From Spirochaetota bacterium (lineage in GTDB: Bacteria; Spirochaetota; UBA4802; JAGODF01), in NCBI GenBank assembly GCA_017998375.1, contig JAGODF010000001.1, positions 1-53,552 on the forward strand: a stretch of DNA of 53,552 nucleotides. Reading direction: 5' to 3'. Of the stretch, positions 1 through 8,706 are shown piece by piece. Each line of letters begins with the position of its first letter. Position 1 is the stretch's first letter. The translations under genes were made by a program, and so were the position numbers. The notes under the pieces were generated by a model, which worked only from the letters and a program-made list of their open reading frames with translations, made no database searches and was not told the origin of the DNA.

Positions 1-208
1 AGTTGATGATGGAGACGCCGCCGGCCCTGTCGTGGGCGGCGGACCAGTGCCCGGACCTGATGGGCACGCCGTGCATGCGCGCGAAGTCCTCGACGTAGCG
101 CGGGAAGTTCACCAGGAGGATATACTCTCCGAACTCCGGGAGCTCCGAGCCGGTGTAGCGCTCCAGCGTCTGCCGGGCGTAGGTGTCGGGCCGAAGCTCT
201 TGCGCCAT
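1..208 (-). CDS. AMP nucleosidase / nucleoside phosphorylase-family protein, N-terminal fragment (gene runs off the window)
   Basis: ATG at 208-206 overlaps the fba stop (TGATG). My translation is MAQELRPDTYARQTLERYTGSELPEFGEYILLVNFPRYVEDFARMHGVPIRSGHW..., which resembles recalled N-termini of short bacterial AMP nucleosidases. It is absent from the ORF track because it is truncated. Confidence 0.45.
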   Translation of the reverse strand, partial: MAQELRPDTYARQTLERYTGSELPEFGEYILLVNFPRYVEDFARMHGVPIRSGHWSAAHDRAGGVSIIN

Positions 209-1203
209 CAGGCCTTGCCGGCGCTGCCGAGGACGTGGATGTTCTTGTGCTTGTACATCTCCACGAGCTTCTCGCGCGCGGGGCCCAGGTACTTGCGCGG
301 GTCGAACTCCGCGGGCTTGTTCGCGAAGAGCTCGCGCACCGCCGCGGTGAACCAGAGCCGCCCGTCGGAATCTATGTTGATCTTGCAGACCGCGGAGGTC
401 GCGGCCTTCCGGAGCTGCTCCTCGGGGATGCCCACCGCGTCCTTGAGCTTGCCGCCGTGGGAGTTGATGATCTTCACCGCGTCCATGGGCACCGACGACG
501 AGCCGTGCAGGACGATGGGGAAGCCGGGGATGCGCTTCTCGATCTCCTCCAGGATGTCGAAGCGGAGCGGCGGCGGCACAAGGACGCCTTCCGCGGAGCG
601 GGTGCACTGCTCCGGCTTGAACTTCGTTGCGCCGTGCGAGGTGCCTATGGAGATGGCGAGCGAATCGACGCCGGTCTTCTTCACGAAGTCCTCCACCTCC
701 TCGGGCCTGGTATAGGTGGATTTTTCCGCCGAGACGTCGTCCTCTATCCCGGCGAGCTGGCCCAGCTCCCCTTCCACGGTGACGTCGTACTTATGCGCGT
801 ACTCCACCACTTTTTTCGTCAGCGCGACGTTCTCCTCGTAGGGATGGTGCGAGCCGTCTATCATCACCGACGAGAAACCGGTCTCGATGCAGGATACGCA
901 GAGCTCGTAGGTGTCGCCGTGGTCCAGGTGCAGGACGATGGGGATGGCGTATCCCATCTCCTTCGACATCTGGACGGCGCCCTCCGCCATGTAGCGGAGC
1001 ATCGTCTGGTTCGCGTACTTCCGCGCGCCGCTGGAGACCTGGAGGATCACCGGCGATTTCGTCTCGACGCAGGCCTGGATGATCGCCTGCAGCTGTTCCA
1101 TGTTGTTGAAGTTGTAGGCCGGGATGGCGTACTTTCCGTCCATCGCCTTTTTGAAAAGCTCCCTGCTGTTGACCAGCCCTATCTGCTTATATGATACCGC
1201 CAT
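208..1203 (-). CDS. fba: Class II fructose-1,6-bisphosphate aldolase
   Basis: Starts MAVSYKQIGLVNSRELF; motifs VLHLDHG, SIGTSHG and VLHGSSS are typical of class II FBA. ATG at 1203, which is 14 codons inside the track ORF. Confidence 0.9.
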   Translation of the reverse strand: MAVSYKQIGLVNSRELFKKAMDGKYAIPAYNFNNMEQLQAIIQACVETKSPVILQVSSGARKYANQTMLRYMAEGAVQMSKEMGYAIPIVLHLDHGDTYELCVSCIETGFSSVMIDGSHHPYEENVALTKKVVEYAHKYDVTVEGELGQLAGIEDDVSAEKSTYTRPEEVEDFVKKTGVDSLAISIGTSHGATKFKPEQCTRSAEGVLVPPPLRFDILEEIEKRIPGFPIVLHGSSSVPMDAVKIINSHGGKLKDAVGIPEEQLRKAATSAVCKINIDSDGRLWFTAAVRELFANKPAEFDPRKYLGPAREKLVEMYKHKNIHVLGSAGKA

Positions 1204-1386
1204 GATTGACCTCCGGGAGATGGATTGATACGAGAACGATATCACGCCGCGGAGAAGCTGTCAAGACAATATAATCGTCGCGACGCCGCATTATCATTGA
1301 CAACGCGGGCGGCACTTGATACCCTGAAAAAGGAACGGACGTCAAGACGACGCATCATTGTAAAAAATATATTAACGGAGGACACC

Positions 1387-1611
1387 ATGAAGAAGACCGC
1401 GACAGTCATGGGCGTGTTCGCGATGGGCTGCTCCCTTTTTCTCACATGCTCAACGCTGACAATCAACCCGAAGCGGATCGCCTGCAACGAGGCCTGCGCC
1501 CAGGCGAGGCTGAAGTGCGTCAACGACGCGAAAGGCAATTCCGCACAGATAATCACGTGCGACGCGGCGCGCGACCTCTGCCTGCAGAAGTGCGCCACGG
1601 AATTTCCGTGA
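1387..1611 (+). CDS. Small Cys-rich putative lipoprotein
   Basis: GGAGGA lies 5-10 nt upstream of the ATG at 1387. Signal peptide with lipobox-like FAMGC; six further Cys in 74 aa. Confidence 0.45.
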   Translation: MKKTATVMGVFAMGCSLFLTCSTLTINPKRIACNEACAQARLKCVNDAKGNSAQIITCDAARDLCLQKCATEFP

Positions 1612-1673
1612 GATCTTTTCCGCTTCCGGGAAGCTTCCCCACTGCTTGGGATACGGGCCGTATCATGGGAATG

Positions 1674-1871
1674 CTACTTTTTGGAGGCAGCCCAAAAAGT
1701 AGCGCAAAAAAGCTGCCGCTCAAACGGCGCGGGGCCTTGGTTTGTGGTGACGATTAAGTTTGCGCATGCACGCTGCGGATGGGCTTCCTGCCCGTCCTCG
1801 CGTGCAGCCAATGCGCTCGGCTTCCTGCCTCGCTCAATGGGTGCATGACTCTTTGCCTTTCCCCTCCGCAC
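1674..1871 (+). repeat. Dispersed intergenic repeat, copy A (hairpin 1674-1702 plus conserved blocks)
   Basis: CTACTTTTTGG-N7-CCAAAAAGTAG hairpin followed by GCTGCCGCTCAAACGGCGCGGGGCCTTGG. The same blocks occur in reverse orientation at 43258-43323. Confidence 0.7.
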
Positions 1872-2103
1872 CTCCGCGTGAACCCTGTCGTGCTCCGAGC
1901 TTGAGCCATTGCCGTTTCCCTCCGTGCCTCTGTGCCTCTGTGGTTGCCTTTGCCTTTATCCTTTTCCCTTCTCCGCGTCTCCGCGTGAACCCTGTCGTGT
2001 TCCGAGATTGAGCCGTTGCCGTTTCCCTCCGTGCCTCTGTGTCTCTGTGGTTGCCTTTGCCTTTATCCTTTTCTCTTCTCCGCGCCTCCGCGTCTCCGCG
2101 TGA
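1872..2103. repeat. Tandem direct repeat, 107-bp unit x about 2.1
   Basis: Units start at 1872 and 1979 (CTCCGCGTGAACCCTGTCGTG...) with a few substitutions; a partial third unit ends at 2103. Confidence 0.9.
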
Positions 2104-2110
2104 TATACTA

Positions 2111-3787
2111 TCAACGATTTCCGCCGGCTTTCCTGTAGAGCGCCGGGCTCGTCCCCATTACCGAGCGGAACGCGCGGTTGAACGTGCGCAGGCTCTCGAA
2201 GCCGGAGTCGAACGCGATGTCGATGATCTTCCTGTCGGTCTCCCGGAGCGACACTGCGGCGCTCTTCACGCGGAGCTCGTTGATGTAGTCCTGCACCTTT
2301 TTCCCGGTGTAGGCGCGGAAGGCCTTGCCCAGGTGGTCGTGGTTGAGGCCCACGAGCGACGCTAGCCCCTCGCGCGAGATATCGAACATATAGTTCTCGT
2401 GGATGTACACCACCGCCTTCTTTACCTTCTCCTCCGTCGCAGATGATATCGCCCGGCGCCCCTTCCCGCGCACGCGCTGGTCCAGGTGCACCGCGTCCAC
2501 CATGGTGGAGAGCTCCTTCATGCTCCGGGTGAGCTCGGCGGTGCGCTCTTCCACGCGCGCCTCGAGGTTCCGGTTCAGGTCCTCGGCCTCGTCCAGCGCA
2601 TTCATGAACCGGTGCACCAGGATGAGCGCGGCGCCCAGGAACATCATCGCCGCCGAGTAGCCGAAGATGATCGAATCGAAACGGTAACTAAAAAGCGCGA
2701 TGTCGCGGCCCAGCGCCCACGACAGGTAGACGATGCCGTCATGCGCCGCCCCCAGCGAGAGGACCGCCCCGGGGACGACGAGGATCCGCGCGTGAACGCT
2801 TCCCCGCCGCAGCGCCGCGAGATGCACGGTGAGATTGTAGAGCGCCGTGGGCGTGACGGTGAGGATGATACAGACCGCCACCCATCCGTGCCGTTCGATA
2901 TCGTGCGCCCAGGCCAGGAGCGCCGTGTTGACGGCGAGCAGCGTCCAGAGGGCGATCTCGACCTTCCGCCGCGCCAGGCCGTAGAGGCGGTGCAGGAACC
3001 CCAGGTGCAGCACCACCAGCGCGGTCCACATGAAGCCCAAAAGCTTCACGCGCAGGAGCGTGTCGTTCACGATGGGAACCACTGCGCAGATCTCGTAGAC
3101 CACGAAGAAGCCGGGGATAAGCTGGAGAAGAAAATAGCGGTATTCGGCCCAGCCCGGCCGGCGCACGTAAATAAGGAAAAAGACCAGGCCGATGGCGCCG
3201 CAGACGGCGATCACCGCGTAGTTGAGTACCTGGAGCACGAACGACACATCGCGCGCCCTTTCCCAGGCGCCGATACCCGACACCGTGGCACGCCCGCGCG
3301 CCTGGCAGAAGACCGCGCAGGATATCCGGAGGGCGATCACGTTGTCACCATCGGCCACGACTCCCGGCGGCACGCGGTAATGGCGCGGCCGGTTCCAGAG
3401 CGCCGCGTCGTCCGGCGGGAATCCCCCGGTGGAGCCGACGAGCACGCCGTTGACGAAGGCCTGGTCCGCGTTACCCGCCATGCCGAGGGAGAGTCCGGCG
3501 CCGCGCTCCGTCCACTCCCTCCTGCCCCTGAAGTGCTTCCGCACCCAGACCACCCCGGTGCCGCTCCTGCCGGCAACATGCCGCACCAGGCTCCCGGGGA
3601 GGATGATATCGTTCCAGGGGCCGTCATCGAACTCCTTCCGCGCGAACTCCGCGCTGTCGCCGCCCATGACCTTCCACGCACCGTCGAGCGGCACGGCGAT
3701 CTCGTCGACTGCCGCGCAGCCGCAGAAAAGGAGTATCGACGACGCGACAACCGCGGCGCCGGCAGATGTCAGGCTCCGGAAATGCAT
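2111..3787 (-). CDS. Membrane-bound AraC-family regulator with 7TMR-DISM-like architecture (extracellular domain, 7 TM, coiled coil, HTH)
   Basis: Signal/lipobox LLFCGC, multiple hydrophobic helices, and a C-terminal AraC HTH (DIAFDSGFESLRTFNRAFRSVMGTSPALYRK). Confidence 0.8.
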   Translation of the reverse strand: MHFRSLTSAGAAVVASSILLFCGCAAVDEIAVPLDGAWKVMGGDSAEFARKEFDDGPWNDIILPGSLVRHVAGRSGTGVVWVRKHFRGRREWTERGAGLSLGMAGNADQAFVNGVLVGSTGGFPPDDAALWNRPRHYRVPPGVVADGDNVIALRISCAVFCQARGRATVSGIGAWERARDVSFVLQVLNYAVIAVCGAIGLVFFLIYVRRPGWAEYRYFLLQLIPGFFVVYEICAVVPIVNDTLLRVKLLGFMWTALVVLHLGFLHRLYGLARRKVEIALWTLLAVNTALLAWAHDIERHGWVAVCIILTVTPTALYNLTVHLAALRRGSVHARILVVPGAVLSLGAAHDGIVYLSWALGRDIALFSYRFDSIIFGYSAAMMFLGAALILVHRFMNALDEAEDLNRNLEARVEERTAELTRSMKELSTMVDAVHLDQRVRGKGRRAISSATEEKVKKAVVYIHENYMFDISREGLASLVGLNHDHLGKAFRAYTGKKVQDYINELRVKSAAVSLRETDRKIIDIAFDSGFESLRTFNRAFRSVMGTSPALYRKAGGNR

Positions 3788-3812
3788 GCTGTATCAGACA
3801 CCTCTGCTTCGC

Positions 3813-4871
3813 TCATATCATAGAATACACGTGCGCCGCGATAGCCGGCGCCGCCGTGAGCCCGGGCGACTCGATGCCGATCAGATGGAAGACGTCTGCG
3901 GGGTGGCGGATTATCACAAAGTCCTCGCAGCGCTTCCCCTCCAGATAGGCGCGAGGCCTGTTGCCGGAGTAGCCCTCGTCCAGCCGGAGCGAGGCCAGTG
4001 TCGCGGCGTCTATCATCCCCCTTAACGATTCCTCGAAGGCGGCGCGCGGCGTTTCCGCGAGATAGTTATCCTTGCCGGACGACGGCGTTTCCGACGGGCC
4101 TATGAGCGTCTCGCCGGAGAAGGTGGGCGTCAGGTGGATGCCCAGGGTCCCGTGGCCGTGCGTGGGCACCGGGTAGACGGGAACCTTCATGCGAAGCGAG
4201 CGGGTGGTGAGATAATCTCCCTTCAGCGGAACGATCTCGTATCCGTTGACGCCGGCCGACCGGGCGATCTCGTCGGCATAGAGTCCCGCCGCGTTGATCA
4301 CGATGTCCGCCTCCAGGGGACCGCGGTCCGTTTCCACGATGGGGCCCGGGCCAATGTGCAGCGCGCGGCACTCGCGGAGCAGCTCGACTTCGTGGCGGTC
4401 CAGGAGCCCATAGAGCGTGCGCATGTACTCGCCGGCGTCGACGATCCCCGTGGTGCCGGAGAAGAACGCCGCGGTGCATTGAATGAAGGGATACTCCTCC
4501 CGTAGCCGCGCCGGCGACACGCGCTCAATCCCGGGGACATCGTTGCCGCGCGCGTTCCCGAAGAGCGCCTCGAGCTCCGCCTCCTCCCCCGCGTCACGCG
4601 CGATGAGGTACTTGCCCGTGGGCATGAAGGGGACCTCCCACTCCGCGAAAAACTCCCGGGAGCGCGCGTTCCCCTCGACGCAGAGGCGCGCCTTGAGGGA
4701 ATCGCGCGCGTAATAGATACCGGCATGGAGGACGCCGCTGTTTCGCGTGGAGGTCTCCTGCCCCACGCGCGCGTTTTTCTCCAGCAGGTAGACCTGGTAG
4801 CCCCGCTGCGCCAGGTGAATGGCGACATGGCACCCCACCACGCCGCCGCCGATGACCGCCGCCGCAAACAT
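3813..4871 (-). CDS. FAD-dependent oxidoreductase (DAO family; L-2-hydroxyglutarate / glycerol-3-phosphate oxidase-like)
   Basis: Begins MFAAAVIGGGVVGCHVAIHLAQRGYQVYLLEK (GxGxxG Rossmann). ATG at 4871 preceded by GAAGGGGGG. The upstream part of the 650-aa track ORF overlaps the J-domain gene out of frame. Confidence 0.8.
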   Translation of the reverse strand: MFAAAVIGGGVVGCHVAIHLAQRGYQVYLLEKNARVGQETSTRNSGVLHAGIYYARDSLKARLCVEGNARSREFFAEWEVPFMPTGKYLIARDAGEEAELEALFGNARGNDVPGIERVSPARLREEYPFIQCTAAFFSGTTGIVDAGEYMRTLYGLLDRHEVELLRECRALHIGPGPIVETDRGPLEADIVINAAGLYADEIARSAGVNGYEIVPLKGDYLTTRSLRMKVPVYPVPTHGHGTLGIHLTPTFSGETLIGPSETPSSGKDNYLAETPRAAFEESLRGMIDAATLASLRLDEGYSGNRPRAYLEGKRCEDFVIIRHPADVFHLIGIESPGLTAAPAIAAHVYSMI

Positions 4872-4873
4872 AT

Positions 4874-5557
4874 TCAACCCCCCTTCCCGTTCATGACGGT
4901 GATCTTTATCCTTAAATTTTTCGTGGTGAAGGTGGTGTAGCGGTCCGGTTTCATCTGCATCAGGTCCACGTCGATGTAGGTGGTGTCGTCCACGTGGGGG
5001 GGGATCCGCACCTCGATCTGCGACGAGGTGCTGACGCGCCCCAACCCGCCGCAGATGTAGCAGTCGCTCTTCTCTCCGCGGCACTCCGGGCAGTACATCC
5101 GCGCAGGGAGCTCCACGAAGGCCACGGCGCCCTTCTTCGCCTCTATGGCCGTGACGAATATCTCCACGTCCTGGCCTATATTGTAGAGGATGTCCTTTCG
5201 CTTCGCGTTGCGGGGGTTGATGCGCGCCCGCAAAAGCTCTCCCAGCGAAGCCGAGTATTTGATCCGCTTCTTCGGCACCACCATGAAACTTCCGGCGCGT
5301 GGGTCGCGCGACTGGAAGAGCGCGCGGTCGTAGTCCCGGCGCGAGTCCTCGTCGGAGAGAATGCGGTAGCCGCGGATGATGAGGTCTATCTTCCCCAGGT
5401 GGCTCTCCCTGAAGCTTTCCGAGGTGTCGGGGTGATAGCGCTTGATGAGCGCGCGGAAGGCGGACTTCACCTGTTCCTCCACGGCGTCGTAGGGGAGGTT
5501 GAAGATGGTGTAGAAGTCGATGACGTTCCCGCTGCTGTCGTAGTAGTTCGCCGCCAT
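4874..5557 (-). CDS. J-domain (DnaJ-like) protein with CxxC zinc-finger segment
   Basis: J-domain with HPD (LIKRYHPDT); CPECRGEKSDCYICGG zinc-finger motif. Confidence 0.8.
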   Translation of the reverse strand: MAANYYDSSGNVIDFYTIFNLPYDAVEEQVKSAFRALIKRYHPDTSESFRESHLGKIDLIIRGYRILSDEDSRRDYDRALFQSRDPRAGSFMVVPKKRIKYSASLGELLRARINPRNAKRKDILYNIGQDVEIFVTAIEAKKGAVAFVELPARMYCPECRGEKSDCYICGGLGRVSTSSQIEVRIPPHVDDTTYIDVDLMQMKPDRYTTFTTKNLRIKITVMNGKGG

Positions 5558-5782
5558 GATCCTTGTCCGCGCGTTCCATTATGCATCGAACGTCCCGCGT
5601 GGCAATTAAAAAAGAAGCGCCGTCAATGGAACATGGCAAGGATTCACGCAAAGGCGCAAAGCGCAAAGGTTGTGTGAGATTAGTGGTTGCCATGAGCACG
5701 GGGCAATCACACACTGTGAACGGGGCGCCATGTGATCGCATTGCGCCCTCTGCGCTCCAATGCATTAAAAGGGGAGGATGAT

Positions 5783-6730
5783 ATGACCACGCTCATCACC
5801 GGTTCCGCCGGCAACCTCGGCAGGCTCATTGCCCGCAACATGCTGACAACGAACGAGAAGCTCCACCTCATGATCCACAAACAGGAGCTCCCCGCGGATA
5901 TCGCCGCCCACCGGAACGTGAAGGTGTTCCGCGCCGACCTGGGAAACAGGGAGAGCCTTGTAGAGTGCTGCCGCGGCGTCGATACCGTGGTGCACCTGGC
6001 GGGCGTGCTCTTCCGGCCGCGTCCCGAGAAGTTCCTGCCGGTGACCAACAACCTCTATTTCGAGAATCTGGTGGAGACGGCGCTCTTCCACGGCGTGAAA
6101 AAGATCATCCTGGTGAACTTCGCCCACGTGGAGGGCGAGACGACGCCCGACCGCCGCGCGCGGGGGGTGTCGGAGGGGAATCCCGGCTCCGTGCACGCGC
6201 GCACGCGCCTGGAAGAGGAGCGCTACCTTTTCCGGGTGACGGAAGGCACGGGCACGGCGCCCGTGGTGCTCCGCCTCGGCATGGTCTACGGGTGCGGCAT
6301 CCTGATGAACGAGGCGGCGCGGCGCCTCGCCAGGCTCCGCCTCCTGGGCGTCTGGAGAAAGCCGACATGGGTGCACCTCATTTCCATCCCGGACTTCCTG
6401 GAAGCGACGAAGGCCGCAATCCTAAAGAAGAACGTCCGCGGCATCTACCAGGTGGGCGATGACGGTCCGCTGACGCTGCAGGAGTTCCTCGACCGCGCGA
6501 CGAGGCACTGGGGATACGGCAAGCCCTGGCGCATGCCGGCGTGGATGATAAAAATGGCTGCCTCTTCCGTGGAGCTCTTCGCGACGGTCTTCGGCACGGC
6601 GGCCCCCCTCACGCGCGATTTCCTCAAGATCGGCATGGCGTCATACAGCATGGACACGTCGCGCATGAAGAAGGAGCTTTTGCCTCGGCTGAAGTTTCCC
6701 ACGCTGAAGGAAGGGATTGGCGAGCTGTAA
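5783..6730 (+). CDS. NAD-dependent epimerase/dehydratase (extended SDR)
   Basis: MTTLITGSAGNLG (GxxGxxG) after RBS GGGGAGGA; typical SDR length. Confidence 0.8.
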   Translation: MTTLITGSAGNLGRLIARNMLTTNEKLHLMIHKQELPADIAAHRNVKVFRADLGNRESLVECCRGVDTVVHLAGVLFRPRPEKFLPVTNNLYFENLVETALFHGVKKIILVNFAHVEGETTPDRRARGVSEGNPGSVHARTRLEEERYLFRVTEGTGTAPVVLRLGMVYGCGILMNEAARRLARLRLLGVWRKPTWVHLISIPDFLEATKAAILKKNVRGIYQVGDDGPLTLQEFLDRATRHWGYGKPWRMPAWMIKMAASSVELFATVFGTAAPLTRDFLKIGMASYSMDTSRMKKELLPRLKFPTLKEGIGEL

Positions 6731-6744
6731 ACCTCACCCCCCGA

Positions 6745-6820
6745 CCCCCTCTCCCGGGGGGAGAGGGGGAGCTCCAGGAAAAAACTTTATACCAGAGAAA
6801 CCCTCTCCTTCGGGAGAGGG
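6745..6820. terminator. Two GC-rich hairpins between convergent genes (REP-like CCCCTCTCCC/GGGAGAGGGG type)
   Basis: 11-bp stem 6745-6755/6759-6769 with a 3-nt loop. 8-bp stem 6801-6808/6813-6820; on the minus strand it is followed by TTTCT, downstream of tadA. Confidence 0.5.
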
Positions 6821-6850
6821 TGCGCGGAGCGCGGGTGAGGTCGGATTTCC

Positions 6851-7306
6851 TTACAATCGGTTCCGCAGCCTGGCGAAAAAATCCGAGAGGAGCGCCGCCG
6901 CCTCATCGCCCAGCACGCCAAAAGTTATTTCCGGTACATGGTTGAGCGCCGCGTTGCCGCACACCGAAAGCATCGTGCCGCAGGCGCCGTACTTCGCGTC
7001 GGCGGCCCCGATGATCACGCGCGCTACGCGCGCGTGGACGATGGCACCGGCGCACATGGCGCATGGCTCCTTGGTCACGAAAAGCTCGCAGCCGGTGAGG
7101 CGTTCGTTGCCGAGGGCTTTCGTGGCGGCGCGGATCGCTTCCATCTCGGCGTGGCGCGTCGGGTCCTGCGCGGCGCGGTTGGAGTTCCTCCCGCGGGCGA
7201 TGATCTTTCCTTCGAGGACGATGACCGCCCCGACCGGGATCTCCCCGGCAGCGCCGGCGGCGCGCGCCTCTTCGAGTGCGGCGTTCATGTAGTCGGTATC
7301 GGTCAT
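6851..7306 (-). CDS. tadA: tRNA-specific adenosine-34 deaminase
   Basis: Deaminase zinc motifs HAEMEAI and TKEPCAMCAGAI; size about 151 aa; ATG at 7306. Confidence 0.9.
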   Translation of the reverse strand: MTDTDYMNAALEEARAAGAAGEIPVGAVIVLEGKIIARGRNSNRAAQDPTRHAEMEAIRAATKALGNERLTGCELFVTKEPCAMCAGAIVHARVARVIIGAADAKYGACGTMLSVCGNAALNHVPEITFGVLGDEAAALLSDFFARLRNRL

Positions 7307-7316
7307 GGCGGTGAAA

Positions 7317-7350
7317 CACGAAAGCGACGATTTGTATCGTCGCTTTCGTG
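7317..7350 (-). terminator. Perfect 14-bp-stem hairpin between the displaced tRNA-Arg 3' end and tadA
   Basis: CACGAAAGCGACGA-TTTGTA-TCGTCGCTTTCGTG; on the minus strand it is followed by TTTC. Likely the original tRNA terminator or attenuator. Confidence 0.55.
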
Positions 7351-7353
7351 TAA

Positions 7354-7399
7354 TGCGCGTCCAAGAGGATTCGAACCTCTGACCCACGGATTCGTAGTC
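7354..7399 (-). repeat. int-distal att repeat = displaced 3' half of tRNA-Arg(ACG)
   Basis: 46 nt match 27216-27261 at 44/46 positions; mismatches at 7364 and 7380. Confidence 0.9.
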
Positions 7400-7878
7400 A
7401 AGAAAGCGAAAAATTTATCTACGTTTCCCGGTGTTTCTCATTGTTTATTACTGTTGATATAATAATGAAGAAAGTCAAGTGAAAAAACAGTGGTCAACGA
7501 TGAGAAACAACGATAGTGTTTTCATTCATCTTACATTTATCTGACACGGACAATTGATTAGTAACCTTGCAGATGAGTAAGGATCGGTCTCCAATATCGA
7601 CTGAGATGCTCCCTAAAGGCTTATGGTGGTGTGTATGAAGACTTAGTGAGGTGTGTGACCCCTTCCCGGTACAGTTTCCTTCCTTTTTAAAATTATTAAA
7701 GATCAACAATGAAGGTGTACCCTGCTATTTTGAGTTCTGTAATTATGAAAAAGATAAATTATGGTAACATTGTTGACAAACAGCAGATTTAACTCCATTA
7801 TCCAGCTATACCAGAAACAAATAGCTTTCCTCTGAGATTATGGTGCATGTTTTAATCAGGATTTAAGAAAACAGATAA

Positions 7879-8658
7879 ATGGCAGGTTCTTCAATGAAAA
7901 GATATATGATTATCCTATTACTTTTCATCATCACGTTCGGTATCAGATATGCATATAGTCAGTCCGGTGAAAATAATAAAGAGGATATAGCAGAAGAAAA
8001 CAGCAATACGGTAAAAGCGATAAATTCCACAGCATGGAAAACTGATTCAGATACAATTCTGTCAATAATAACAAATTTACGAAATTATAAAGAAAGCTCT
8101 GATGATTCAACCCTAAAGACCAAACAAAAACAAAATACTCTGAAGCGGGAATTATTTAAAATAAATAAAGATTATCACAATAAGCCTTTATCATTGAAAG
8201 CAATAATAATTGAAGATGTAACCGCTGAAAAAGATTTATCTGATTATGGGAAAAGAAGAGCAAAAGAAATACTCCGTAAAATAAAAAAAGATCCATCATC
8301 TGCAATGTTTATAGGTGACGGGAATCTTGAAAACAATCCTCTGCTCGTTTTTACATTAGCAATACACCTTGCACTGTGCGAAAAATGCTATAAGGAAACC
8401 GGGCGTTATGAGGTTAAATGCAAAATTCCTGTGCCAGATGAAACTGGTTACTCTCAATTCAGAACAGGAATTAAAGCGGGCAACTCTTTAAGTGATGATA
8501 ATGATAAAATCGACGCTGAAATAATTTTAATCCTGCAATCTGAAAAAAAGGCATTGGATTATTCAAAAGGATCAATCATCCCTATTAGCGGCAAGATAAA
8601 AAGCATTGTTTATAAGGGGTCTCAATTCTTTGAATCAGTTACTATTAGGATTGAATAA
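7879..8658 (+). CDS. Secreted hypothetical protein
   Basis: Signal peptide MKRYMIILLLFIITFGIRYAYSQ (alternative ATG at 7894); no recognisable domain. Confidence 0.5.
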   Translation: MAGSSMKRYMIILLLFIITFGIRYAYSQSGENNKEDIAEENSNTVKAINSTAWKTDSDTILSIITNLRNYKESSDDSTLKTKQKQNTLKRELFKINKDYHNKPLSLKAIIIEDVTAEKDLSDYGKRRAKEILRKIKKDPSSAMFIGDGNLENNPLLVFTLAIHLALCEKCYKETGRYEVKCKIPVPDETGYSQFRTGIKAGNSLSDDNDKIDAEIILILQSEKKALDYSKGSIIPISGKIKSIVYKGSQFFESVTIRIE

Positions 8659-8706
8659 TGTATTGTAATAAATTCATGGCGTTCCTGTAAAGCAACACGA
8701 GCAGAA

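Noticed and set aside
235-1194. Long antisense or alternative-frame ORFs in GC-rich regions. Examples: 235-1194, 2486-3823, 28092-28724, 28196-29098, 36457-37083, 38285-38902, 38509-39423, 39515-40525, 40624-41460, 43375-44481, 45315-46682, 46869-48092, 48482-49276, 48672-49301, 49910-51028, 50038-51750, 52195-53127.
   Set aside because: Each lies opposite to, or out of frame with, a gene that has clear family motifs. Their translations are dominated by R/G/P/A/H, as expected for shadow ORFs in roughly 65% GC DNA where stop codons are rare.
1872-2103. Tandem repeats considered as a CRISPR array
   Set aside because: The period is 107 bp with no unique spacers, there are only about 2 units, and no cas genes are present. 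This is a simple tandem duplication of a dispersed repeat.
3813-5765. 650-aa ORF spanning the FAD oxidoreductase and the J-domain gene
   Set aside because: Only the last 352 aa (from the ATG at 4871, with RBS and a GxGxxG N-terminus) look real. The upstream 298 aa are Arg/Pro/Gly/His-rich and overlap the well-supported J-domain gene (4874-5557) in another frame.
7494-7709. 71-aa minus-strand ORF at the left inner end of the island
   Set aside because: No RBS and low-complexity composition (HTHHH). It lies in the region expected to hold att arm sites. It remains only a remote possibility as an outward-reading transcript toward tadA.
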